64,000 nt of DNA. It comes from Asterias rubens. Taxonomy: Eukaryota. Within the stretch, counting starts at the first letter, position 1. Each line of letters starts with the position of its first letter. The notes beneath the pieces are model-generated. The model was not told where the DNA came from and made no database searches. It saw nothing but the letters and a program-made list of their open reading frames with translations. The stretch is taken from the NCBI RefSeq assembly GCF_902459465.1, contig NC_047083.1, forward strand, positions 8,990,001 to 9,054,000, written 5' to 3'. The position numbers and the translations under genes were made by a program. This document shows positions 27,646-39,499 of this stretch, piece after piece.

Positions 27646-29019
27646 GTAATGTTATGTTATAAGAATAGGCTGTTATGGTTTCAATACAATGACCGTCATT
27701 GCATAATAAGCAGGTTGAACTAGTCTACGGGCCTGTACGGCGGGGGTATATCTTATTTTAGCCACCCAGCAAAAATAAGGGGAAATGAAGTCCAACATCC
27801 ATGTAATGTATAATAATCCCTTTAAATTGCAGTTGGATGATATGGACATTTTGCCTTATTTGAACTAATGTAACAATTTCTATACCCTGCCACCACTAAT
27901 TTAATATTACTCACACAAAATTCCAAATGAGATTCCTTTTCTTTGTTGTTTGTAAAATGAGTGAAAATGTGACAGTAACTATTAATTATTCATCCCCAGC
28001 TAGACTAGATTACACTTGGTATACGATCACTGTATGAACGTATTCTGTGTGAAGACTACATTCGTACTTTGTTCTGTCTCTAGAGTAGTGTACTGACTGT
28101 TGTAGTTGTACCTTTGGTTTATTATTTTTTTTATAGCTCAATATTGCGTGGTTAAACTGCTGTCTAGTCCAAGCAAGCTAGCCCACTTTGCTGGGCTGTT
28201 AGTGTTATGGCTCTCTTTTATCATCGGTATTTTGTGCTTATTAATATTATTAATCATGGCGCCTATTGATGTATGTTGATTGATAAGAGTAAGACCGATG
28301 AATCGATGATGAAATAGAGCCAAATAATCGTAGCAGTCCGACAAGGTCCCTTGCCCACCACACAAGCACAAGTGGAGATAACAACTTGTTAGTTGCGATA
28401 ACGTAACTCTTCGGGAGGAGTTATATAACTAACATACAACTAACATAGGCCTAATTGTAAATATCTTGTATGTAGACCTAACTGTAAATATCTAAGGGAT
28501 TGAGTTCGAATAAAAAATACAATAATAGAAAGTAATAAGATGTTGAGAATAAACAGATTGCTTTTTGATTAATTGTTTTTATATACAAATTTTATGGTGA
28601 ATTTGAAACAAAATGAAGCCATACACATTTCTTTCTTCATGGAATTAGGCCGAGCCAAACAAAAATAAAGGGTACATTTTAGTTTAGTTCATTACGAAAG
28701 TTTTGGATGTTTTAGCATTTTAACCAGCAATCTGCATTTTTGCTACTTCCAATTCCAGCTGTAAATATGGTGTTCGCTTGTTTGTATTTAAATTTTACAT
28801 AATTTTATTGCATCACTATTTAAGATCATTTCAGTTAGAACAAATGTTTTTGACTTTTTAAACAAAACTTCAAGTTTATAGAAGTGCACTGCATGTGAAA
28901 GGCAGAATTTGACAGTTATTTGAATAAATTCAACAGTTATTCAAAATGCATTTCATTGTCTTCTAACAATTATAAAGCCATTGTGTAAAAGTACGGGCAG
29001 GCATTGTGTAGTGGGAAAC

Positions 29020-29265
29020 GGGAAGTTTTAGCTGCATGTTACGCAAGCAAAAAAGTGAATGTGTACGTCAGACAATTTTGTTGTAAAAATCTCATGTTTT
29101 AAACTTACGTGAAGTTACCATTTCTCACATCAGGTACGTACGTGCTGACGTCTCTCGTTACCATTAAATAAGCCCAAAATGGTGACATCACCTAGAAACG
29201 AACAAAAATTATCTGAGACGTTCATGATCACGTTTTTGCCCGCGTAACGTGCAGCTGAACCTCCC
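29020..29265. mobile_element. MITE with a TIR of about 35 bp
   Basis: gggaagttttagctgcatgttacgcaagcaaaaa / tttttgcccgcgtaacgtgcagctgaacctccc. Confidence 0.65.
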
Positions 29266-30013
29266 GATTGTGCCTAAGTTGATGAGACTACAAGCGTGGA
29301 ATTCAGCACGTCACAGTTAGAGCAAAAAAAAGTTAATGGCCTGACGTCAGGCCATTAACTATTTTTTGCATTTATACCAACTATTTTTTGCATTTATACC
29401 ATCGGTTGGTTGGTAAATTGTTTGCAACAGCTAATTTTATTGTCACAGTAAGAGCGTGGAAATAACGGAGTATTTCGAGGAGTCGAGAAGGAGTCCCGCT
29501 TCAAAGGTTCAGTATCTGTTGCTGCATGTTGGCTTCAATGCATGCTTTCAATCAACAAGCTAACAAGGCATCAAATTGTTAATTAATGTACTCGCAGTAT
29601 TTAAAGATTTATGTCTGACCAAATCAACCTCTAAGGAAGTTTAGGGCTGCGCCAAGTCAATGTTTGGAATGGGTCTTGCGAATAATGGCGCAAGGGCTAA
29701 TTGTTCCCAGAAGCTTGGAAGTTTTACAACATACTTGGAAAAAAGTGTTAATTTGCCAATTCTAGAAACTTTCCAGGAACATGTAAAAAACTTCCAACCT
29801 ATACGTAGGTATTTCTTGCTGGTATTCATGCTTGGTGCGCCAGGCCAGAAACACGGGACAGTGTTCAGATTATTCTGACAAAATTTGAAAAAGCTGTGGT
29901 CGTCTGTTTTTGTTTTGCATTTATGGCTTTCCATAGTTTTCCAACCTCGATTGACGAAAAACTTGGGCTAAGCATAATTTTTTCTTTTCCATCTTTTTAC
30001 TTAGGTATGAATC

Positions 30014-33000
30014 ATGATAGCCAAGGGTACCAGTGAAGAGCCAAATCCATTGCGGAACACGGCAACCAGTGCCTCAAGTAGCCTCAGTGATCGAGAACAA
30101 AAAGATCTGAATAAGTTCATTAAATTTCTTGTATTCAAGGTAAATAAATAATTGCATCAATAAATTTACACTAGGAGCAAGTTCAAGTTCATGATTGACT
30201 GGCAAAGTAAACTTTGCGCAGTGACTCACTTCTCATCAGAATGACTCGTTTGTAAGGCTAGTCAACAACCACGGTGTATTCAACGCTTCCATCTCCTTCT
30301 GCCTTGTCGCGTATAGTGTCACTGATGCCAAACAAACCTTAAACAAAATTTGAACTTAGCAATCATCTTTTAGCAATTTTGTTTATAATCGTTTACATTA
30401 AAGCTAATTTCAGTTGAGCAGGATTTCAGATTTTGATATAATTAGTGAGAAAAAATACCAAAAATCAAAACTGAGCCAGTTTTCAATTTTAGCTCTGTTG
30501 AGTATTTGATGCATCTATATGTAGGGTTTCATTTAGACTTTTGAAGAAGTTGTAAAATGGTTGTCGCAGTGAAAGCGTTCTGACTCTTTCTCCGTGCATT
30601 CTGAATCGCCCCGGGATTCACGTGACACTGGCGGTATTCACGTGAGACTGCTGGCAACCGCAAGAATTCTCACGACTTCGGTCCCATTTAATAGGGAGTA
30701 GAAGGTATTCGATCGCGGAAACCTGAATCATATGCCACCGTGACTTGACTATCTCACCGCGACAGACAATTAGTGACTTGTCCATAAGTATTTGATCTGA
30801 TCTATTTAAACATGTTTGGTTTCATTTGAACTTTTGTTTTGTTTTATCAGTCAGTTCAGGTAATTGTGCAGTCTCGTTCTGGAGAAAAAACAGATTCTGC
30901 GTCAAAGGCAAAATCAGATGGTACTGATTGGGTAAGTGTTTCTGTGCCATAATTATAGCGACCACAAATGGCTGCTTTATCGGCGTAAAATGGCAGCTTA
31001 ATCGACCAAAAAAGGCTGCCATAACAGCCACAAAGGGCTGCATCATTTGTATGTTTTTTCCCAGACAATTTTTGGAAACATCGTGTCAAAAAAACAAAGA
31101 ATTTAATCATCTTAATTAAAATGTCTTATTTGATAGTTTTGTTCTTTTTTCCCGTTTTTTTTACAGTTCAATTTAGCAATTTATGACAACCCGAATGTGA
31201 AAAGTAATGTCAAGAAGCTACTTTCCCAGGAGCTGCCTAGGGTGGGCTCCCCCTTGAATGTTGAGGTTTCCCTGGAAACAAGTGAGGTAAGATTGCTGAA
31301 CTTAAGAAATGTTTATCATTCATTTAATGTCTGTAGCGTAGTGGTTTATTAAAAACATTTAAAAAGTCACGGCAAGAGGCCAAATTAAATTTTAATTACA
31401 ACTATACAATTATTAGAATAAATATGTTACAAATATAATTATATATATGTAAAGGGGCACAAAGGCCACAAAAGGCCACGACACAAACACGGAACACTAA
31501 GAAAAAATAATGATATTAAAACTAATCAATTTCATTATCTTGTATCTTGTCTTCATCATACATTTTGAAACTCTAGGGAGACAAGATGGTCCTAGAGGGT
31601 TGGAGTCTAGTTCTTAACGACAACTGCGACCCAGGCGCAAAGATACACTACGCAGTCTACAACCGTCTTGGTCTCCTTCTCAAGTCGCTTATTCAAGAAA
31701 AAATAATGATATTGAAACTAATCAATTTCTTTAACTTGTATCTTGTCTTCATCATACATTTTGAAACTCTAGGGAGACAAGATGGTCCTAGAGTGTTGGA
31801 GTCTAGTTCTTAATGACATCTGCGACCCCGGTGCAAAGATACACTACGCAGTCTACAACCGTCTTGGTCTCCTTCTCAAGTCGCTTATTTGTGTCTCGAG
31901 AGTGACGCCTGCGTATCGCATCGCGAGGCACCAGCTAGGAGCAGACTACCGGGTGATCTCTCGGATGAACTTAAGAGAGAAGAAGCTCTCCCATCTCGGT
32001 GAAAGTAAGTGTTATGGGTTCATAATAATAACAAGAATTATACTAATAGTTATACTAGGTTCTTTTTTATACAGCACTTTTTCACATCCATTGGGGCATA
32101 TATGTTGAGCTTCGCTTTGAAGTATGAGACCTATTCCTTTAAAGCATTTTAATGGTTTACAAGGTGCTGTGGTGCAATATGCTGCCAATCAAACCAGGAA
32201 CACTGGGGCAAACCCCTTCTATTTTTTCATAACCGCAGTTCTTTGAAGTAAGCGTTTACTCAAAATGCACTAGACTATCCATAATTATTACCAAAAGTGT
32301 ACACATCCTTTAAACAATTTCCGTTTGAAAAAACCCAGCAATGCCAACTGTTATTGTAACCGAGTGTCTCTTTTCTTTTCATGACTAGATTTCCACTCTT
32401 TGAATGTTGGTTCAGTGGCTACACCCATCGGCTCCCTCGTTCTATCCGTGGCTTATCGGACCAAACTAACTCTCTCTGTTCAGTAAGTGCTAATCGGACT
32501 AAGGCCAGGGGCCAATTTCATAGAGCTGCTTAAGCAAAATAATTGCTAAAGCACGAAAATAGCTTGCTTATTTTACACATGTTACTGGCCAAAATTTCAT
32601 GCCATATATATTGCTTGTGACTGGTATTTAGCTGTTGTTTACTTAGCATAACAATTGGGTTGAGTCTTGGCCTTGACTCTGATTTTACTAAGCAATGATG
32701 TTTCTGCTTAAGCAAATTCTTTTGCTTAAGCAGCTCAATGAAATTGGGCCCTGGTTCACACTTCCTATGAAAGGGAATGCGATACGAATTTCGATGTCAC
32801 ACATGGCTGTTTTCGCAGCGCATGTTTCGCAGGAGTTGAACACTAGTCAACTGATGTGAATTATTTGTTGGAATTTTTGACGTCAAAATCGTATAGTATC
32901 GCATCTTATTATCATCTTAACTGTGTCAAAGTCGTATAGTATCACATCTTATTATCATCTTAACTGTGTCAAAATCGTATAGTATCGCATCTTATTATCA

Positions 33001-36000
33001 TCTTAACTGTTTCAATTGAAAAACACACAAAGAGAAGATTGTTTTAAAGGCAGTGGACACTATTGGTAATTGTCAAAGACTAGCCTTCACAGTTCGTGTA
33101 TCTAAACATATGCATAAAATAACAAACCTGTGAAAATTTGAGCTCAATCGGTCGGCGAACTTGCGAGATAATAATGCAAGAAAAAAACACCCTTGTCACA
33201 CGAAGTTGTGTGCGTTTAGATGGTTGATTTCAAGACCTCAAGTTCTAAATCTGAGGTCTCGAAATCAAATTCGTGGAAAATTACTTCTTTCTCAAAAGCT
33301 ATGGCACTTCAGAGGGAGCTGTTTCTCGCAATGTTTTATACCATCAACCTCTCCCGATTTCTCGTCACCAAGAAAGGTTTTATGCCAATAATTATTTTGA
33401 GTAATTACCAATAGTGTCCACTGACTTTAAAGGTGATACTCTGCAGAATTGAAACATATTTGTGAAACCCGTAGAGTAAGGACTGGCCATGCTCTTTGGT
33501 GAGACCGATAAAACTCGACATTTGAACATCATTCAAAAATACAAGACAATATGACTTGCCCTGTCTTGAGCTTACTGGCCAAACATTGAAAATCAGGCCA
33601 GTGTTTTATTGTTTAATTTGAGCCCTGCCAAATGTCTTAATGAAATCAAGAGGATTGAAATGAATGCACTTTTTTCATTTATGTCTATCCAAAGAAAGAG
33701 TCTAAATTGAAAGACCATCACCCGTTCTTAGTAGAGTTGAAGCAGTAAACTATATTTCTTGTATTATTTTCTCCATAGACAACTGCACACTAGTGGAGTC
33801 AACCCAGTAGCCGTTAAAGATGACTACTACAGTAACACCAGCCCTAAAGGTCGAGGGTCATCTCCAGCAATGCCTCAAAATTACTCACCAGGGTAAGCTG
33901 AAGGTGGCCTTAATCAGGTTTCAAAAGCAGGCTTGATATATTTCCTACTGTAGAGTGTCAAGTTTGAGCGGATAAGAGCAATGGGTTCGAGTCCCAGTCG
34001 TGACACTTGTGTCCTTAAAGGCAGTGGACACTATTGGTAATTACTCTAAATAATTATTATCATAAAACCTTTCTTGATTACGAGTAATGGGGAGAGGTTG
34101 ATAGTATAAAACATTGTGAGAAACGGCTCCCTCTGAAGTACTGTAGTTTCCGAGAAAGGAGTAATTTTTCACGATTTTGATTGTGAGACATCAGATTTAA
34201 AATTTGAGGTCTCAAAATCAAGCATCTGAAAGCGCACAACTTAGTGTTACAAGGGTGTTTTTTTCTTTCATTATTGTCTCGCAACTTCAACGACCGATTG
34301 AACTCAAACTTTCACAGTTTTTTTTAAATTTATACATATGTTGAGATGTTGAGATGACCAAGTGAGAAGACAGGTCTTTGACAGTTACCAATAGTGTCCA
34401 ATGCCTCTAAGCAAGACACTTAACCTACAAGTGTCATGACCGGGACTATAAACCCACACTCTGCTGAACAGAAGCACATAGGGCTTGAGTTTGGTGCTAT
34501 TATCCGCTCGAACACGACACCCCATAATAAATAAATAAACATATCGGGCATAAATTAACATATCGAGCATGACAAAGAAGCAGTAAATTTTTGACTTGAA
34601 TTGTTTTGATCAGGTTGGACGAATCAGCGATCATGGACGGATCGCAAGATCTGTGCGCTACTTCATTCTCTACCTCACCGCCTGATCCGTATACGTTACA
34701 TGGTTACCTAGCAACATCTCCCCCGAATAGGTCAAAGGTCAATGAGGAGAAACCACGCGGGTAAGAGTTTTTCTTCTTCAGCTAAAAAATTTATATAAAC
34801 ATTCTGGTAACAACATTTTTTTTTTTATTTAGCCTGTACAAAAACCTATTGGCTGTTGTCAGTAACGCATGTCGTGTGGATGGGGCTTTACCTCAACCAT
34901 ATTCATGAGCGAGGGCCGAATTCTCATCCCTGGTTCCTTTACCATCATGTACATGTAGCAAACATATTTTTGTTGTTTACCAAACAAGCGCGCAACTATT
35001 AAGCACAGGATAACACGCAATCTTTGAATTAAAAGTTAACTTCTTGTTTTTTCTTTTTTACCTTTTAAGGGGAAGCCCAGCTTTGGGTACGTCAGACATC
35101 AACTCAGGAAGATTGGGAGCCTTTGCCTCTCCAAAACAGTCAGTAACAGATCAGGTAAAAACTTACATATTGGTTAAGAAATGCCGAACATCAGTCACCC
35201 TAACCTACAAAAAAACCCAATAAATGTGTGCTTGAGAGCTTGGGTTCGCCCTGGTGTTTTCTGGCATGGGTGGCTGCATTCTGACTGAGCCACATTACCT
35301 CGTAATCCAATAATTTTCTGAAGCAACATTGAAGCAATGTATAAGTGTGCCATGGTGGAGCGGTCTAAAGTTTTGGTGGGTTACTCCTAGAGTTGAATAG
35401 GTTTATGACACTTCCGTCTCTGAGCAAGATACTTCGCTATAATTGCTTCTGTTCACCATATTTGCTTCTGTTCACCCAGGCGTGGGTACCTGCAAGGGTA
35501 GAGGTTGATATTGTGTACGAAAAAGGCTTTTGAATGCTACGGCAGCTCAGTGCTGTAAACTCCCCAGGGAGCTGAGAGTGATTAAAGGATTTTATTGGCA
35601 AATGACAGGACTCAATTTCAGAGAGCTGCTCCTCAAGCAGAAAATATTGCTTGAAACGTTTCTGCTAAGCAAAGAAATTCGCAGGAAAACAGTCACAGTC
35701 ATGTGGCATGATAGTTTGGCTGGTAACCTTAATCTGGTTAGCATGATTTTGTTGTGCTTAGCTACTTTTCATGCTAAGAAGCTCTATGAATTTTGGCCCT
35801 GGGCACTAATGTAAAGCGCATTGATACATGTTGTTGTAAAACCGCTATACAACATTTATAAGAACTAGTTTTTGTTTTTATTGTAAGAACTGTTTATTTA
35901 ATTATGAAGCTATTTCTTATTGATGTTTGTAGAGTGAGATGGTTCCCAGTGATATACCATTTCTGTCTTTACTCCAAGAACACACATCTTCTTTAGACCA

Positions 36001-38180
36001 GTCTAGCATCAAAGATAAATCAAGTTCCTCAGATCAGGTAAGTGTCCCCTTAAAGTTGTCTACATTTTAAGCATTTCTTGTATTCCCTACCTACTCATGG
36101 TCTTATTTTTCAGGAAAGTTTTGGAGGTAGATGAGTAATATTTTTCCTTTGAAAATAACGTTGCCAAAACCCTGACTTGTCAAAGGAAATACAACAATAT
36201 TTTAACTGTTGTATCTACTGTCTTTATGTCAATGCATTTTTACTATTGTATCTACTGTCTTTATATCAATGCATTTTTACTGTTGTATCTACTGTCTTTA
36301 TATCAATGCATTTTTACTGTTGTATCTACTGTCTTAGTGTCTTTATATTAATGCATTTTTACTGTTGTATCTACTGTCTTTATGTCAATGCATTTTTACT
36401 GATGTATATACTGTCTTTATATCAATGCATTTTTACTGTTGTATCTACTGTCTTTATATCAATGCATTTTTACTGATGTATATACTGTCTTTATATCAAT
36501 GCATTTTTACTGATGTATATACTGTCTTTATATTTGCATTTTTACTATTAGAGAAGTCCTGCATTAGGTCTTGTGTTTTCATTTTTTTTTTCGCGGGGGG
36601 GGGGGGGGGGGGGGGGGGGGTTGTGGTATTTCCTTACTTTTACCAGTTGTTAGCTTTTAAATCATTGTGTATAATGAAGAAAACAAAATTAGGCCAAATT
36701 ATTTCGTTATGAGTTTTTTTACATCTTATGGAATGGGCTCAATATAAATCAATAAATTATTATTGTTGTTATTGTTTGTGACAGACGTCGTCAGATCAGC
36801 AAGACCCACAAGCCTCTTCATCATCGCAACACTCTAAGGAATCTTCACAGAGCCAACACTCTGTAGCGGAAGACTTTGTCATGGTAGAATTTGTGAGTAA
36901 TCATTAATTATGCTCCAAAATGTACAGCATTTAAGGAAATAGCTATATTACAAAAAGACATAAGGCTGGGCTATACTTCTTGGGAATTGCAAAAGAGAAG
37001 CCAGCTTCCTTAAATCACAATTTGGAAAATGTTTCATAACTGATTGTTTGCCTCACATAAGTCGCTTCAAATTTCCATACTTGTTGAAGGACTTTAACTG
37101 ACAATGGTTATAAGTTATTGTTAAAATCTGTTTTTAACATTGAAATGTGTTACAATCAAATGTGCAATATAAATGAATTAGTTATAAAAGTAAGAGTATA
37201 GATAAACATTCTGTCAAAGCAGGTTTCCTTCTTTTTACATCACTAAAAAGAAGATTAGACTGGTCTTCTGTCTTGTTTTATAGTAACCACTATGTGGCAG
37301 CCAGGGGTTAAAGGCAGTGGACACTATAAGTAATTACAAAAAATAATTGTTAGCATAAAATCTTACTTGGCTTCGAGCAATGGGGAGAGGTTGATAGTAC
37401 AAAACATTGTGAGAAACGGCTCCCCCTGAAGTAATTTAGTTTTCGAGAAAGAAGTAATTTTCCACGAATTTGATTTCGAGACCTCAGATTTAGAATTTGA
37501 GGTCTCGAAATCAAGCATCTGAGAGCACACAACTTCGTGTTTTTTCTTTCATTATAAACCTCGCAACTTTGACGACCAATTGAGCTCAAATTTTCACAGG
37601 TTTGTTATTTTATGCATATGTTGAGATACACCAAGTGAGAAGACTGATCTTTGACAATTACCAATAGTGTCCAGTGTTTGCCATTCAATTGAGTTTTGAT
37701 GACTTATTCCTTTCAGAATCCTGCCTTTGCCAAACCAGAGAGTAACAGCGACGTCGTCAGTTTTTATCGTCAGTTCCAAATGGCGCCCCCATTGGCCATG
37801 TTTGACAACCAGCCAACCCTTGAAGAAACACTAGTGAGAAGAATCTGAAATTTTAATTTAGTCTTTATTAAAGACACTTTGGCAATTGATGTATATTTCT
37901 ATGTTCATTAGGTTCATATGAGAATTTGATGTACTTTTATCTTTTTATCTTCTCCATTTTTTGAGGTTTTGAGGAAATAAATATAGAAAAATAAATAGGA
38001 TTAAAACAATTAAACGGTTCGAAAAACAAAATGTATATTCAAAACATTAACTTCATTTTTTGTCCCTGTTTTTTTTTTCAGGAAGTGCTACCCACACAAC
38101 TTGCCAAATTTGAGGAAACTCAGGTTGACTTTGACAATTTTGTCCAGTCACTTCAACGAGATAGTGAAGAAAGCGACTAA
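30014..38180 (+). CDS. ATG13: Autophagy-related protein 13 (HORMA domain, LIR, C-terminal ULK1-binding motif); 12 coding exons, 475 aa
   Basis: Exons 30014-30139, 30851-30931, 31167-31286, 31773-32004, 32389-32482, 33779-33892, 34614-34760, 35070-35154, 35933-36037, 36785-36892, 37717-37833, 38082-38180; total 1428 nt in phase. Motifs: KDLNKFIKFLVFKSVQVIVQSR, GTDWFNLAI, VYNRLGLLLKSLICVSRVTPAYR, SQDLCATSFSTSPP, LIR EDFVMVEF, C-terminal DFDNFVQSL. A probable non-coding exon 1 ends at 27645 (AG|GTAATG). Confidence 0.96.
31499..31890 (+). repeat. 196-bp tandem duplication of an ATG13 splice acceptor plus 117 nt of exon
   Basis: Copy 1 at 31499-31694 and copy 2 from 31695; both contain ttttgaaactctag|GGAGACAAGATGGTC. 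Confidence 0.95.
32505..32754. mobile_element. MITE family C (GGGCCAATTTCATAGAGCTGCTTAAGCA termini)
   Basis: ccaggggccaatttcatagagctgcttaagca ... tgcttaagcagctcaatgaaattgggccctgg; relatives at about 62960-63200, 35605-35800, 49090-49280, 8380-8570 and 8867-9010. Confidence 0.8.
32885..33012. repeat. Three tandem copies of a 43-bp unit
   Basis: aaatcgtatagtatcgcatcttattatcatcttaactgtgtca x3. Confidence 0.85.
33048..33426. mobile_element. Kolobok-like MITE family A (AGGCAGTGGACACTATTGGTAAT termini)
   Basis: ttaa|aggcagtggacactattggtaatt ... aattaccaatagtgtccactgact|ttaa. Confidence 0.85.
34019..34406. mobile_element. Kolobok-like MITE family A, nested in a SINE
   Basis: Same termini in the opposite internal orientation; it interrupts the SINE core gtccttaa|...|gcaagacact. 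Confidence 0.8.
36200..36545. repeat. Minisatellite, 37-bp unit, about 9 copies
   Basis: atgcatttttactgttgtatctactgtctttatatca repeated in an ATG13 intron. Confidence 0.9.
37312..37676. mobile_element. Kolobok-like MITE family A
   Basis: ttaa|aggcagtggacactataagtaatt ... aattaccaatagtgtccagtg; right end slightly eroded. Confidence 0.8.
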
Positions 38181-38225
38181 CGAGTGAAAGCAATGCCAGT
38201 ACTAAATCAAGTATTATAAGGAAGT

Positions 38226-38270
38226 TGTCCTGACGATGACTAGAGCAAGCTATAGTCGAAACGCTGAGAC
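38226..38270 (+). ncRNA. Penelope-type minimal hammerhead ribozyme motif (degenerate) in the ATG13 3'UTR
   Basis: CUGACGA (38230-38236), U, stem II GACUA/UAGUC (38238-38242/38253-38257), GAAA (38258-38261), C-GCU, GAGAC. U16.1 appears mutated to C. Confidence 0.55.
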
Positions 38271-38621
38271 CTAAGAACTGACTCCTCGCTAGTGCAGGTA
38301 ATAACGACCCGTTAAGCTTAAGTAGTAGTCCCAGCCAAGTTTCTACCTTCTGCGCAGGTAGTTGTTAAGAAGCAGAACAGTTCTTCTCAGAACTGAGAAG
38401 TCTCCCAAATTCTGAAAATCTCCTCCGCGGTAGTAGAATATAAAGCAAGACAGCTCTCTAAAGAACAAAATCTACCTGGCAAGTAGATATCGGTACTACC
38501 GAAACAGGCTGGGACTACCTTTGTTTGCCATGATCTGCAAAACAAAACTCAAATTGTTTGGTTGCTTCTTACACTCACATCCTTTCCTGCTTTACATCTT
38601 AACAAGTGACTAGCCCCTTAA

Positions 38622-38969
38622 AGCCATTGGACACTTTCGGTAAACAGTATTGTCCAAGGCCCACACTTCGTGTATCACAACTTCTATATAAAATAACAAA
38701 CCTGTGAAAATTTAGGCTCAATCGGTCATCGGAGTCGGGAGAAAATAACTTGTTTCCGCACGTTTCCTCGTGTCATGACATGTGTTCAAAATAAATTCGT
38801 AATTCTGGCTATCGAGAATTGATATTGTTTTAATGTTTTCTCAAAAAGTTCAGCATTTCATGGAATAATATTTCAAGAGAAGTCTTTCACCATTATCTTC
38901 TGTAAACCCTGTAAGTTATTTGTAAATCTGTGAACTTTTTTGTTTCTGTACCGAAAGTGTATAATGGCT
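38622..38969. mobile_element. TTAA-flanked MITE family B (AGCCATTGGACAC termini)
   Basis: ttaa|agccattggacactttcgg ... ccgaaagtgtataatggct|ttaa; related copies at 56740-57234, about 63613-63873 and truncated at about 4539-4900. Confidence 0.85.
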
Positions 38970-39499
38970 TTAAATGTACATGATTGGGGACGTGATCAAA
39001 CCAATTTTGTAGTTGCAACTATTTTCTAAAAGAAACAACTTTTGTTGCCCAGAGTTTTCTCAAAAGAGAGTGTCATTTGTATTTCGCTGCAGCCACTGAT
39101 CGTGTTGGGGAAACTGTAAGCGAGAAATGAGGCTGATGTTGTTGGGGTCTGGATGGGGGTTAGTGGTTGGGGCGGGGAGGGGGGCGAGCGCTCCGACATC
39201 CGTTGATCGAAATGTAAACTTTAGCAGACTGTTGTATCAGTAGATTGTGACGGTCGAGTGAAAAAAAGGTCCTAAAACTATTTGTTTGGACAATAAACAA
39301 TTACAGTAGAAGTTTTGCTCAGAAGCTTCAGTGTTGATTTACTAAGCCTACCTTAGGCCTCTTTAGTTCTTGAATTTGCATCTCCTCGAGTGTGTAATTG
39401 TTGGGCATGGCAGAGTTTGCAAAGGGCACCAAGGCAATGAATATGGGCAGCATGGATACATTTGCCTCTTTTTCTTCTGTGAAGTATTATGAATGCAGT

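Noticed and set aside
29641-29934. ORFs of 97 aa (-) and 72 aa (+) as a possible HARBI1 or transposase remnant
   Set aside because: No DDE or HTH motif recognised and no supporting splice structure.
36594-36620. Long poly-G run (also poly-C near 48826 and 54770)
   Set aside because: Simple homopolymers in introns, of uncertain length in assembly and with no evidence of function.
36177-36712. ORFs rich in Y, C, I and L
   Set aside because: Translations of the 37-bp minisatellite.
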